Shown here in pieces: positions 1-8,160 of a stretch of 14,339 nt of DNA (position 1 is the first letter of the stretch; the number at the start of each line of letters is the position of its first letter). A program made the position numbers and the translations under genes. The DNA is taken from NCBI GenBank assembly GCA_963771075.1, contig CAVYSE010000013.1:1-14339 (forward strand). The letters are read 5' to 3'. The notes under the pieces were generated by a model. That model searched no databases and was not told the DNA's origin. It saw only the letters and a list, made by a program, of their open reading frames with translations. This DNA is from a candidate division FCPU426 bacterium. Lineage in GTDB: Bacteria; Oederibacteriota; Muellerivitia; Muellerivitales; Muellerivitaceae.

Positions 1-142
1 TTGCACACCATCCTTTTTGCGAGGGCCATGTGCAGGAGCCTGTAATTATTGGATTTTTTCAATGTTCCGCCGAATTCGTTGAAATTTGGATAAGTTCAAA
101 TGCAGATTCAATGTCAACATCATCTTTCACAGAACTTAGCAT

Positions 143-168
143 AGAAAAAAGGTGCCTGGCCACCTTTA
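143..168. repeat. REP-like short palindrome AAAGGTG-cctggc-CACCTTT (copy 1)
   Basis: 7-bp inverted arms at 148-154 and 161-167. The A-tract plus GTGCCTGGCCA core recurs at 2565-2585. Confidence 0.55.
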
Positions 169-242
169 TCCGCATTACCTGTCCACGACGGGTCCCCATC
201 GTAGACAACCTGATAACGACTATTTTACCCCCTTTGGTCATG

Positions 243-269
243 TGGACTTCCCCGATTTAGTGGACACCC
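243..269 (+). mobile_element. Orphan IS3-family-like terminal inverted repeat
   Basis: TGGACTTCCCCGATTTAGTGGACACCC begins with TG and has the TAGTGGACAC core I recall from IS3-family ends. No transposase or partner repeat is seen in the window. Confidence 0.4.
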
Positions 270-275
270 TAGTTT

Positions 276-358
276 GGCCGCTAAAACAACCGCTTCCCTC
301 ACGGCGCCGCCAGCCGTACCGCCCTGCGGGGAGGGTTGAAGGGGTCGTTTTCGGGGCC
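276..358. other. GC-rich branched stem-loop element
   Basis: 276-296 is complementary to 338-358 at 17/21 positions and 297-300 pairs with 331-334. These enclose hairpins ACGGC/GCCGT (301-317) and CCGC/GCGG (319-329). Confidence 0.5.
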
Positions 359-435
359 GCCGCCATGAGTAGGCAAAAGTATTAAAATAATTTCTTTGTA
401 ATTGGATCTTTTCATGAAGTGCTTAAAGAATTGTT

Positions 436-2589
436 TTACGGGTTACCCTTTTTTCCCGGAAAAACCATTTCCCTCACGCCGGTCACCAGCCCCTTCGACT
501 CCGGCTCACGGGAGAGGTCAATCACGAGCCCCGAGGGTTTTTGGGTGGTGACGGGGTCCGAAATATCCATCTCACTCCGGGTGACCAAGGTGCCCTCCAC
601 TTGGAATTCCTCCGATTGATCGTCCGACCTCAATAGTTTCGCGTCGCCCGAGGGTTTGAAACTTTCAACCAGCTTATGTTCGCCGATTTCCTTGATCTTC
701 AAAGCGATTGGAAAGGCTTTGAAAAAAGCGCTGGAATAGCCTGGGCTCAAATATTTGTTGAGTTTGGTTCTCCTGCCCAACAGGTCGTTGTAATCCGCCG
801 CGTAAAAGACCTGGGCGAAAGCCTGGGCGGTTTTTGATTCCGCGTTGATTTGGTTGAGAAGGTCCAACTGGGACTGGCCCGAAGGGTTAGTCGAAGGTCT
901 ATTATCGGTAGCCGATGGGGCCGATTTAGTCGGCAGTCGACGGTTCGCAGCCAGAGCACCAATTCCCTTTTCCGGAATTGGCGCGCTCAAACCTTGTTCC
1001 TCGGTTTGAGACCTCGGAACAGAGGGCAGGGAAGCTTTAGGCGAAATATGAGTGGTGGAAGTTGTTGGGTTTTGGGTTTCACTGAAACCAACATTCGTGC
1101 CTTCCTTTGTGTCTTCGTGTCTTTGTGTTGGATTTGAAGTTCCCGGGGTTGGAATTGTCGTGGGTAGTGGTTGAGGAACAGCCTTACTATCGCTTTCCCA
1201 AGGGTTTACCCAAGACCCCACCCAATGGATTACTCCAGAAGCGGTTCGGCTCAACAAGCCCCTTAGCCCTGCCGGGTGGAAGAAGAATAGATAGAGCCCA
1301 TAAGCTAGGCCCACCACCAAGGCGATACCCACCACGCCCTGGGTTATTTTCTTGGCGGGCTTGCCCACCACCTCCCCCAAGAACCTTAGAGTGCCGTTCA
1401 AGGCCTTTTTTAGGTGTCGCCCAACCCAGCCGATGGACTTCTTGGCCGGGGGCCAGGTTGTATGCCAAGTCCAATGCAAGATCCGGCCAAAGAAGGCCGC
1501 TACCAGGAATAGCTTTTCCCAGAGGGCGAGGTCTTGCCCTGCCTTGATCTTGGCACGGATGGCCTTGATCCAGGGGATGCCGGCCATGGTGCCCCAAAAC
1601 ACCGACTGGTCGTCGCTCTCAAGGCGACGGCCATGACCTGTCTGTGCCGATACCATAGGGGTATCGGTGCGAGACTCACCAGGATCATTTTTAGATTCTA
1701 GATGGACTGTTTCTGGCGTATCGGTTGGGGCTGTTTCCCCCGTCAAGGGTTCGGACGGTTTGACCCCCTCGACCTTGGGAGAAGTACGCGGGGTGGGAGT
1801 GGGTCCTTCAGGATAGGCGGATGGGTGGGCCTTATTCTGAACTTTCATGGCTTTTATGTTTTCCGCCACTTTTTGGGAGGTGTATTCCTCAGGCCGATTC
1901 CCGGCCTTAATCCAGGCGACGTAGTCCTTGACCTGGGATTCAGTCATCTGTTCATCAATGGCCACCTGGAGGGCCCGGTAAACTTGGTCTTGGGTCTCGG
2001 GGGGGATGAGGGGGTAGGGGTATAGTTTTTGGGGTTCCCCCCCCTCGGCCAAGTCTTTCTTGGGACGACCCGCTTTGAGGCCGGTACCAGGGCCCAAGGC
2101 GGCCAATTGGGAGACGGCCAACTCAGAAATACCCTGAATTCCCTTATTTAAAATGTTCGGGTCCCGAACAATTGCCTCCCTGGTTTTCGGGTTTAGTAAC
2201 GGTAAAAGCTTAAGCGCACGGTTAACCCTATCCAACTCGATCCCCAAATACCCCTTTATCTGCCTTTGGGTCACATAGGGGTTGGCCTTGATAACCCTTT
2301 CGACATCCTGGTAATCCACCCACCAACCCCGCTGGTCAACAACGTTATCGATCCGGCCTTTGACGACCGTTTCCAACTCGCTAGGGTTGGTGATATAGCA
2401 AGGGGCCTTATCCTTTTGAAGCCGGTTTAAGGCGATCAAACGCCGGTTGCCGCTGAAGACCCAATAGTGGAAGTCCTCCACCCGCCAGGGGCGGCCTTCC
2501 AGGGTGATCCGGGGGTTCTCGGGATGGATCTGGACCCCTTCGGCCAGGGGTTGGGTGCGGTTGAAGAAAAAAAAGTGCCTGGCCAACAA
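436..2589 (-). CDS. ParB-like (GxRR + HTH) / transmembrane / VirB8-NTF2-like fusion protein, probably 5'-truncated
   Basis: YWVFSGNRRLIAL matches ParB box II. DN at residues 81-82 sits at the EN position, and TQRQIKGYLGIELDRVNRALKLL is a ParB-type HTH. It also has Pro/Thr-rich linkers, a hydrophobic helix GVVGIALVVGLAYGLYLFFF, and a C-terminal AQAFAQVFYAADY...KYLS followed by beta strands. The TTG start has no RBS and ParB box I is missing. Confidence 0.75.
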   Translation of the reverse strand: MLARHFFFFNRTQPLAEGVQIHPENPRITLEGRPWRVEDFHYWVFSGNRRLIALNRLQKDKAPCYITNPSELETVVKGRIDNVVDQRGWWVDYQDVERVIKANPYVTQRQIKGYLGIELDRVNRALKLLPLLNPKTREAIVRDPNILNKGIQGISELAVSQLAALGPGTGLKAGRPKKDLAEGGEPQKLYPYPLIPPETQDQVYRALQVAIDEQMTESQVKDYVAWIKAGNRPEEYTSQKVAENIKAMKVQNKAHPSAYPEGPTPTPRTSPKVEGVKPSEPLTGETAPTDTPETVHLESKNDPGESRTDTPMVSAQTGHGRRLESDDQSVFWGTMAGIPWIKAIRAKIKAGQDLALWEKLFLVAAFFGRILHWTWHTTWPPAKKSIGWVGRHLKKALNGTLRFLGEVVGKPAKKITQGVVGIALVVGLAYGLYLFFFHPAGLRGLLSRTASGVIHWVGSWVNPWESDSKAVPQPLPTTIPTPGTSNPTQRHEDTKEGTNVGFSETQNPTTSTTHISPKASLPSVPRSQTEEQGLSAPIPEKGIGALAANRRLPTKSAPSATDNRPSTNPSGQSQLDLLNQINAESKTAQAFAQVFYAADYNDLLGRRTKLNKYLSPGYSSAFFKAFPIALKIKEIGEHKLVESFKPSGDAKLLRSDDQSEEFQVEGTLVTRSEMDISDPVTTQKPSGLVIDLSREPESKGLVTGVREMVFPGKKGNP
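2565..2585. repeat. REP-like repeat, degenerate copy 2 (AGAAAAAAAAGTGCCTGGCCA)
   Basis: Direct repeat of 143-162. It lies where the GC-rich ParB-like coding sequence gives way to AT-rich DNA. Confidence 0.5.
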
Positions 2590-2660
2590 TCTACACTTAA
2601 GGTCGCATTACAAATAAAACTCATTAACTCGCTCGAAACTGATTATACCTTTCTTCTAGG

Positions 2661-2855
2661 TTACAGAATAAATACGGAATATTTGCCATTCTTTTTAATT
2701 GAGGGGAAAAGTTGAGCCCCCATGGATTGATCTGGGGTGGCCCCGGAAGTCTCTAAGATACCCATTTCAAGGGCACGTTTTGTTATTTCTTTGTAATGAA
2801 GAGGTTCTTTTGACTTCTTCAAAACTTCTATTGCGGCGGCCTTATATTTGTTCAA
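2661..2855 (-). CDS. HARE-HTH (HB1/ASXL/restriction endonuclease-type winged HTH) protein, stand-alone or truncated
   Basis: KAAAIEVLKKSKEPLHYKEITKRALEMGILETSGATPDQSMGAQL fits this family. The ORF stops before the usual final wing strand. Confidence 0.75.
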   Translation of the reverse strand: MNKYKAAAIEVLKKSKEPLHYKEITKRALEMGILETSGATPDQSMGAQLFPSIKKNGKYSVFIL

Positions 2856-2875
2856 TTTAATATACCCTTAAATCT

Positions 2876-3052
2876 TTACTTCTTCTTGTAAACGTTTAGG
2901 CCGACCTTTTCATCCCGTTCAGGGATCGTGACGTTCCCCTCGGTTGAGGCTACGATTGTGGTCTTGCCGGAAGAGGAAGGCCCATACTCCTTGGACAAAT
3001 CCACTTTTATAGTGAGGATATTTCCTTCAACTTTCATTTCGACGTTTTTCAT
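2876..3052 (-). CDS. 58-aa small hypothetical protein (not in the ORF track)
   Basis: Manual translation: MKNVEMKVEGNILTIKVDLSKEYGPSSSGKTTIVASTEGNVTIPERDEKVGLNVYKKK*. AAAGGA RBS upstream of ATG 3052; TAA at 2876-2878. Confidence 0.85.
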   Translation of the reverse strand: MKNVEMKVEGNILTIKVDLSKEYGPSSSGKTTIVASTEGNVTIPERDEKVGLNVYKKK

Positions 3053-3176
3053 TTAATTTTCCTTTAATCTAACTCTAGCTATGGTCCCGTAAAAATAATA
3101 GAGATGTAACGAGGTTGATTATAAATCCTAATGGATTCGGGCTGTGGTTTTTCAGGCGGGTAAAAAGAACTACCAA

Positions 3177-3611
3177 TTAGCTATTCAGGGAGCCTTCGTA
3201 ATCACTGTATTCTTCGGTTTTCCATTGGTGGCCGCAAGCTGGATCTTTGCATTGCCAAGTGTTTTGAATGGTCTGTTCCACTAATGTCACTTGTTCCTGG
3301 CGGGTGATTTCAAACCCCTGGTTGAGTGCGAAAAGATTGTTGGAATAGAGTACGCCCTGATCCACCCGCTTGATGGTCTGGCGTTTTTCATGTTCGCCGG
3401 TGATTTCGTGTTTCAGGAGATTCTTTTTGAAGAAGCCTTTGCATTCAGGGCAACGGGTGTCGAATAGTTTCGTTACCGCCCAATGAATCGGGGCAACGGT
3501 AAGCCCGAATCCCCAAACTAAAACCACAAAAGCGAAGCAACAAACTATGACGATGAAACCATAATGAAACAGGTGAGGTAAAAAACTGGTTAGAAGTTCC
3601 ATGGGCTTCAA
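3177..3611 (-). CDS. Membrane-anchored zinc-ribbon-like hypothetical protein
   Basis: N-terminal hydrophobic stretch, then CPEC and CKDPAC cysteine pairs separated by about 60 beta-rich residues. Start may be TTG 3611 or ATG 3602. Confidence 0.75.
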   Translation of the reverse strand: MKPMELLTSFLPHLFHYGFIVIVCCFAFVVLVWGFGLTVAPIHWAVTKLFDTRCPECKGFFKKNLLKHEITGEHEKRQTIKRVDQGVLYSNNLFALNQGFEITRQEQVTLVEQTIQNTWQCKDPACGHQWKTEEYSDYEGSLNS

Positions 3612-3746
3612 CCCCCTTAACTTTTTAACCTAAAATTAGGATAGACCCATTCCCTAAGGGTGGCAAGCATTTGGAAACATCCGGCCAATTTTTTAAAAAT
3701 CCGCCATCTTTCTGACCGCCCTGGTCATCATCCGACATTTTCTCGA

Positions 3747-4010
3747 TCACTCCAAACCCCTGGCGATCAGGAATTGTTGGACCCGGTTGTAGACCAGGAT
3801 GACTTCATCCGGGCTCAAATCTCGTTTTAGTTCCTCGGTCAACACCTCCCCGGCGTGTTCCAAAAGTTCCACGAAAAGTTTGGTTTTCTCACCCTTATCC
3901 ACCATAACATTGTCGCCGTTGCCCTTTTTCCAGGAAGGGCAATACTTTTGGAGGATCTCCGTCGTCAAACACTTTGATAGGATTTGGCCGACCAGCACCA
4001 ATTGGTCCAC
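3747..4010 (-). CDS. Hypothetical protein (helical, about 87 aa)
   Basis: Protein-like composition, co-oriented with the downstream genes and divergent from the XRE gene. Start uncertain. Confidence 0.6.
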   Translation of the reverse strand: MDQLVLVGQILSKCLTTEILQKYCPSWKKGNGDNVMVDKGEKTKLFVELLEHAGEVLTEELKRDLSPDEVILVYNRVQQFLIARGLE

Positions 4011-4066
4011 AGGCTTTTTCGTAATAATTCCCCATTCGCATATCGGTAAGCCTATTTTACCCTATA

Positions 4067-4088
4067 AAATACTACCTAGGTAGTATTT
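4067..4088. promoter_or_regulatory. Perfect 22-bp palindrome, candidate XRE operator
   Basis: AAATACTACCT-AGGTAGTATTT lies between divergent genes, next to a minus-strand GGGTAAAAT -10-like box (4054-4062). Confidence 0.7.
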
Positions 4089-4129
4089 ACTGGCTAAGTG
4101 TGATTTTGAAAACCGCCTACCATGGCGGC

Positions 4130-4348
4130 ATGAACCGGGAAGAATTCCATAAGAAAATCGGCGTAAACATCCGCAAGCAACGGAAAAAGGCAGGACTTTC
4201 GATTTCCAAGGCCGCTAAGGCCTATGGCTGTACCCCTAAACGATGGGTCTTACTAGAAGTAGGGAATCCAATGAGCATGGATTCCTTCCTCCGGGCGGCG
4301 GAAGTCATCGGCGTGAAACCCTGGAAGCTCCTTAAAATAACTCCCTAA
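4130..4348 (+). CDS. XRE-family helix-turn-helix transcriptional regulator
   Basis: IGVNIRKQRKKAGLSISKAAKAYGCTPKRWVLLEVG...RAAEVIGVKPWKLL is an HTH_3 pattern. ATG 4130 is preferred over GTG 4100. Confidence 0.85.
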   Translation: MNREEFHKKIGVNIRKQRKKAGLSISKAAKAYGCTPKRWVLLEVGNPMSMDSFLRAAEVIGVKPWKLLKITP

Positions 4349-4361
4349 TAAACCAGCGCAC

Positions 4362-7300
4362 CTATGAATTTCTTAAACTTTCCCACCATGCATAAAGGTG
4401 CTCCCCACAGATATTTTGCAGGTCTTGTTTATCCGCCAAGAATGAATCTCCCCGCGAGTAATCCGAGGAAATATCTGCGTAACCTGCGACTGAACTATCA
4501 AATCCGTCCATTGACAACAAAATCTTGAGGAGGACCTGAAGCCAAACTAATGTTTTCATACGGTAAAACCATCCTGACGAATCGATGGATTGAACCCTCG
4601 GCCGTTCAAACCATCCCAACAAAACCTTGTGTGTTTCCCTAATTCTTGAAAAATACTGCCGTTTCTTTCCATCGTCTAACGAAAGTAGGAGATGGGCTGC
4701 CACAGCAGTGGCTTGCACATCCACATAAACATTAAAATAGTATTCGGAAGTTGGAGATTCTTGGATTTTCTCAATCAATGGGTCCAGCCATATTTGTGTC
4801 GCGTCTTCCAAGGAACACTTACTAGACTTGATTAGTTCAAGGCCGATTTCTTGGTAATTCAGGAGTGACCAGCATTCACTTCTTCCGTCACACACCAAAA
4901 CCAGTTTTTTAAACAGAGCAATGTTTCCAGCTGGAAATAGTTGAAGGATATTTTCGATCAACGCCTTTCTTAGCATTTCATTCTCAACGGTACTTGCCCC
5001 CCCTTTTTGCATCGACCTCACATAAACGCCATTTATCCAATCCGAGAAAATCAGCACCCGTTCTTCGATTGTGAAGCAATCCATAAACGATCCAAAACGC
5101 GCCATCACTTCAAACGGTGGTTCGTTTTGAAAAATGGTGGTTGCGGCCAGAGCTTTTATCCAAGGTGTTTTAGCCTTGCACAAGCCCGTAATAAGTTCTT
5201 CGGACGGTTTGAAGGACACCAGGAGATGAAGCCCATCAAAACCTTGGTCCATCAAAAACAAGTCCGTTTCAGTCCAATCCGCACGTTGAAAAACCGTGTC
5301 AATAATCTCGACCAATGCTTTTGGATCAACCGACTCCAAAACGCTAACGGCCATCGATATCGAATAAGGACCCACCAAAGGCAATCCCCTTAAACCATAT
5401 TTCTGAAAGCGATTAGATATTTCTAAGATCACTGCAAAATCAACAGCTGATTTCCGCGAGTTATATATCTCCCGAAGCCCTTCTAGGGTGTTGCCCTTGA
5501 TCCCAATCGGTTGATTTCTTATTTCGTCATCAAGCAAAAAATCGGAAAGAAGTTTTTTTAAATCGTCATTTTTTTCCACACAAGTGTTGAACTCCTGAAA
5601 CCGGCTTGATCTTGCTAAAACCTCGCCACAGTCCCGCCATATTTCTTTGAAATGATCAGGTGCCAGCCCGGAAAGACGGCTAACAACATCTTGTAGGTCA
5701 ACCAAAGGTGAAGATAAGTTGAACTCATCGGGCTCCAAAAACAGCCCATCGGCTTTGAGAACATCTCTGATTTCTGAAACTCCAATAGTCTCGTTAACCT
5801 TACCGGGCATCAAAAAGGAGAATAGCTTTCCGGGTTGGGTGATAACTTCAAAAGCTTTCTTGAACAAAGGTGGGCTAGGCGAATCTTTAGGTGGCTGGTA
5901 AAGCGTCTCAATTTTCCGGGTACCCAATATGGCATTATTTTGGATTTCATGGCGGACATATTCTTCAATCGGACCCAAGACATCATCAGGCAAGGGAGTG
6001 ATGAGAAGTGGATAATTCACCATGGCCTTTTGGATTGAGTTTGAGAGGTTGTATCCAGCGAAAAGTCGCCCGTCCCCGTCCCAAAAAAGAACATACCGAT
6101 CATGAAAAATCCGCTTCTGGGCCCCCGAGACTGTCTGCAAGTCCAGAATCCTAATACCACGGTGACGAAGCCTCTCTTCGTTGGCCGCGCAGTATTCTCT
6201 GATAACATCGGCCCTTAATTTCTCTACAGGTTCATTATTCCCAGGCTTGACAGGATCAATGCCCTTCCCAGGGTGGCCCTGCTTCTCAGATACTGTTCCT
6301 GATCCAGACCCGTTCGGCCCAGCTTCAGGGCCTTTCAAAGTTTCGCCATTTTCCGTTTGGTCGATTTCCGCCTCGTCGATTGATATGCATTGGGTATTAG
6401 TGACCGCCACCAGTTCAGTTTCGCTAGCGTTCACCCTCAGCAAAACATCCACCCCCAAAGAGCTGAAGTAAGGATCGACGATTAGGCAAGTTTGCGCCTT
6501 GTGGATATTGCAGACCTTCGTAAGCCAATCGGCGATCAGGGTGGAACGCTCCTCGTTCGTTTTTCCGGAGGGACGAATAAAAACGGCCGTTGATGGAGCG
6601 GGATTTATTTTTTTCTTCAGCAGATCCATGTTCCGACCGATTGGATTCCAAGGGTCAAATGGATATCGCAGCACGCCTTGGTCCCTAAAGAAAAATTGAG
6701 CGGGAGGACGTTTGCGGTCGATCTTTCCACCAGTCAGGGATAACAAACGGTCCAACCATGACGATTTCGGGACTTTTGGGTTCCCTATTCGCATTTGAAA
6801 TTCCATTTTCCTCAAAACATTAAATCGTTCCTGGTACCAGAGTGTCCAACGGTCTTCACCAGGCACTCTTTTGTAGACTTTCACCTCGCTTTCAGTAATA
6901 GGTTCGGAAAATCGAAATTCAAACTGCCTGTCGGAGGGAAATCGCCCGGCTCTACACTGATCGGACAGCAGGTCATTGCCGTTAAAAGAAAGGCACCCGA
7001 CGATAATTTCGGATGAAACAGGAAAAGCGTCCGCTAAGATTTCCACCTTTACACCTTCACACACAATGTTCCCGATCAGGCCTTTTTTAAGGTCCTCCGG
7101 GGATCGAACCGCCCCTGTTGCCGGGTCCTTAACCTGGGTTTGCGTGGTGACCTTGCAAAGGGATTGTTCAATAGCGTCCTTCGATGGATAAGCAATCCAT
7201 TCAATATTGCCCAAGCGTTTAAAATCCGTTTCATGAAACGAAAGACCGGTTTGGAGCGCCAGGTACTCGACCAAATCCTTCAGCAGTTCCTCGGCCCCAG

Positions 7301-7910
7301 GGATCAATTCGTCGTTTCGCATCCTCCACAAAAGAGTCTTATCCGTGCGGAACAACGTCGCAACCATCGTGACCGCGTCTTTTATCGGACTTCCGCTGCC
7401 CTTCAGGTCGTCCGGGACTACCCTCAAGACATTTTCTGGCAATCCTGTCACTGGAGGCCTGAACACGAATTCGGACTTAGGCAAACCGCGAATCCCTAGC
7501 TTCAAATCAGAATAATCAGGATCGACGGTTGGCAGGCACAAGTCCGAGGCGGCCTCCCCTAGTGACCGACCCTCGAAGAGTTTTTGCGCAACCTCGACTG
7601 TTTCCCGTCCCTTGAGAGTAATTGCGATCTTTCCGACCTCTGGTTTTTTAAAGGTCCGATCAATCTCGTTCGAGTCATAGAAATTCTTGAACGTAGAAGG
7701 ACTCCAGTTAGAACCCGGTGGCACCTTTAACAGCGAGACCATTCCATAAACCACCCGTGCGACCCAAGCTCCACTCTCCTTGTACCTCATGGCCCAAAGT
7801 TCCAACCGGACATCAGCCTCACCGGTTAGTGGGCCAAAAGAATGATGAGCGGTTGGGAGAGCCGAAAGGATTATTGCAAGGTTTTGAATTTCTAGGCTTT
7901 TGGAATGCAT
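4362..7910 (-). CDS. Large PLD-superfamily-like (HDR motif) protein, VPA1262-family-like; putative defence nuclease
   Basis: Central CLIVDPYFS, IFHDRYVLF (6093-6104) and GYNLSNSIQ motifs, with a long helical C-terminus. ATG 7910 is preceded by GAGGGG and lies 1 nt after the upstream stop. Confidence 0.7.
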   Translation of the reverse strand: MHSKSLEIQNLAIILSALPTAHHSFGPLTGEADVRLELWAMRYKESGAWVARVVYGMVSLLKVPPGSNWSPSTFKNFYDSNEIDRTFKKPEVGKIAITLKGRETVEVAQKLFEGRSLGEAASDLCLPTVDPDYSDLKLGIRGLPKSEFVFRPPVTGLPENVLRVVPDDLKGSGSPIKDAVTMVATLFRTDKTLLWRMRNDELIPGAEELLKDLVEYLALQTGLSFHETDFKRLGNIEWIAYPSKDAIEQSLCKVTTQTQVKDPATGAVRSPEDLKKGLIGNIVCEGVKVEILADAFPVSSEIIVGCLSFNGNDLLSDQCRAGRFPSDRQFEFRFSEPITESEVKVYKRVPGEDRWTLWYQERFNVLRKMEFQMRIGNPKVPKSSWLDRLLSLTGGKIDRKRPPAQFFFRDQGVLRYPFDPWNPIGRNMDLLKKKINPAPSTAVFIRPSGKTNEERSTLIADWLTKVCNIHKAQTCLIVDPYFSSLGVDVLLRVNASETELVAVTNTQCISIDEAEIDQTENGETLKGPEAGPNGSGSGTVSEKQGHPGKGIDPVKPGNNEPVEKLRADVIREYCAANEERLRHRGIRILDLQTVSGAQKRIFHDRYVLFWDGDGRLFAGYNLSNSIQKAMVNYPLLITPLPDDVLGPIEEYVRHEIQNNAILGTRKIETLYQPPKDSPSPPLFKKAFEVITQPGKLFSFLMPGKVNETIGVSEIRDVLKADGLFLEPDEFNLSSPLVDLQDVVSRLSGLAPDHFKEIWRDCGEVLARSSRFQEFNTCVEKNDDLKKLLSDFLLDDEIRNQPIGIKGNTLEGLREIYNSRKSAVDFAVILEISNRFQKYGLRGLPLVGPYSISMAVSVLESVDPKALVEIIDTVFQRADWTETDLFLMDQGFDGLHLLVSFKPSEELITGLCKAKTPWIKALAATTIFQNEPPFEVMARFGSFMDCFTIEERVLIFSDWINGVYVRSMQKGGASTVENEMLRKALIENILQLFPAGNIALFKKLVLVCDGRSECWSLLNYQEIGLELIKSSKCSLEDATQIWLDPLIEKIQESPTSEYYFNVYVDVQATAVAAHLLLSLDDGKKRQYFSRIRETHKVLLGWFERPRVQSIDSSGWFYRMKTLVWLQVLLKILLSMDGFDSSVAGYADISSDYSRGDSFLADKQDLQNICGEHLYAWWESLRNS

Positions 7911-7911
7911 C

Positions 7912-8103
7912 CTACCCCTCAAACTTTTCGATAATCTTCACTTGCTCTTCTTCCCAAGATTGGAGGGGAAGGTTTTTATTATCAGTTTCAATTTTTAATA
8001 TCCTCCCCTTTCCATCCTTGGAAGGAACAATCTTCTTGACCCGCCCCACGATCTTGAACCGCTGGTGCTGAACTAGGTCGTTTAGGTATATTCTCTCATT
8101 CAT
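7912..8103 (-). CDS. Small SH3/Tudor-like barrel protein
   Basis: DLVQHQRFKIVGRVKKI...WEEEQVKII; translationally coupled to the PLD-like gene. The fold is inferred. Confidence 0.65.
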   Translation of the reverse strand: MNERIYLNDLVQHQRFKIVGRVKKIVPSKDGKGRILKIETDNKNLPLQSWEEEQVKIIEKFEG

Positions 8104-8160
8104 GACACTCACGGCCTTCGCTTTTCGTCGTAATATTCATCATTTCCTAAAGGATTTTAT

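Noticed and set aside
1..260. ORFs 59..241 (-) and 30..260 (+)
   Set aside because: No recognisable motif, and both run through the REP-like palindrome. At best 1-142 is a broken gene fragment.
419..2715. Many short ORFs overlapping or antisense to the 717-aa gene
   Set aside because: Shadow ORFs of a GC-rich coding sequence, with no motifs or RBS.
4011..4041. Alternative ATG start (MGIITKKPV...) for the 87-aa ORF
   Set aside because: Requires deleting one G from a homopolymer; cannot be verified from the sequence.
5007..8071. Plus-strand ORFs inside the PLD-like gene (likewise 9970-11542 inside the helicase)
   Set aside because: Antisense shadows of long, motif-bearing ORFs.
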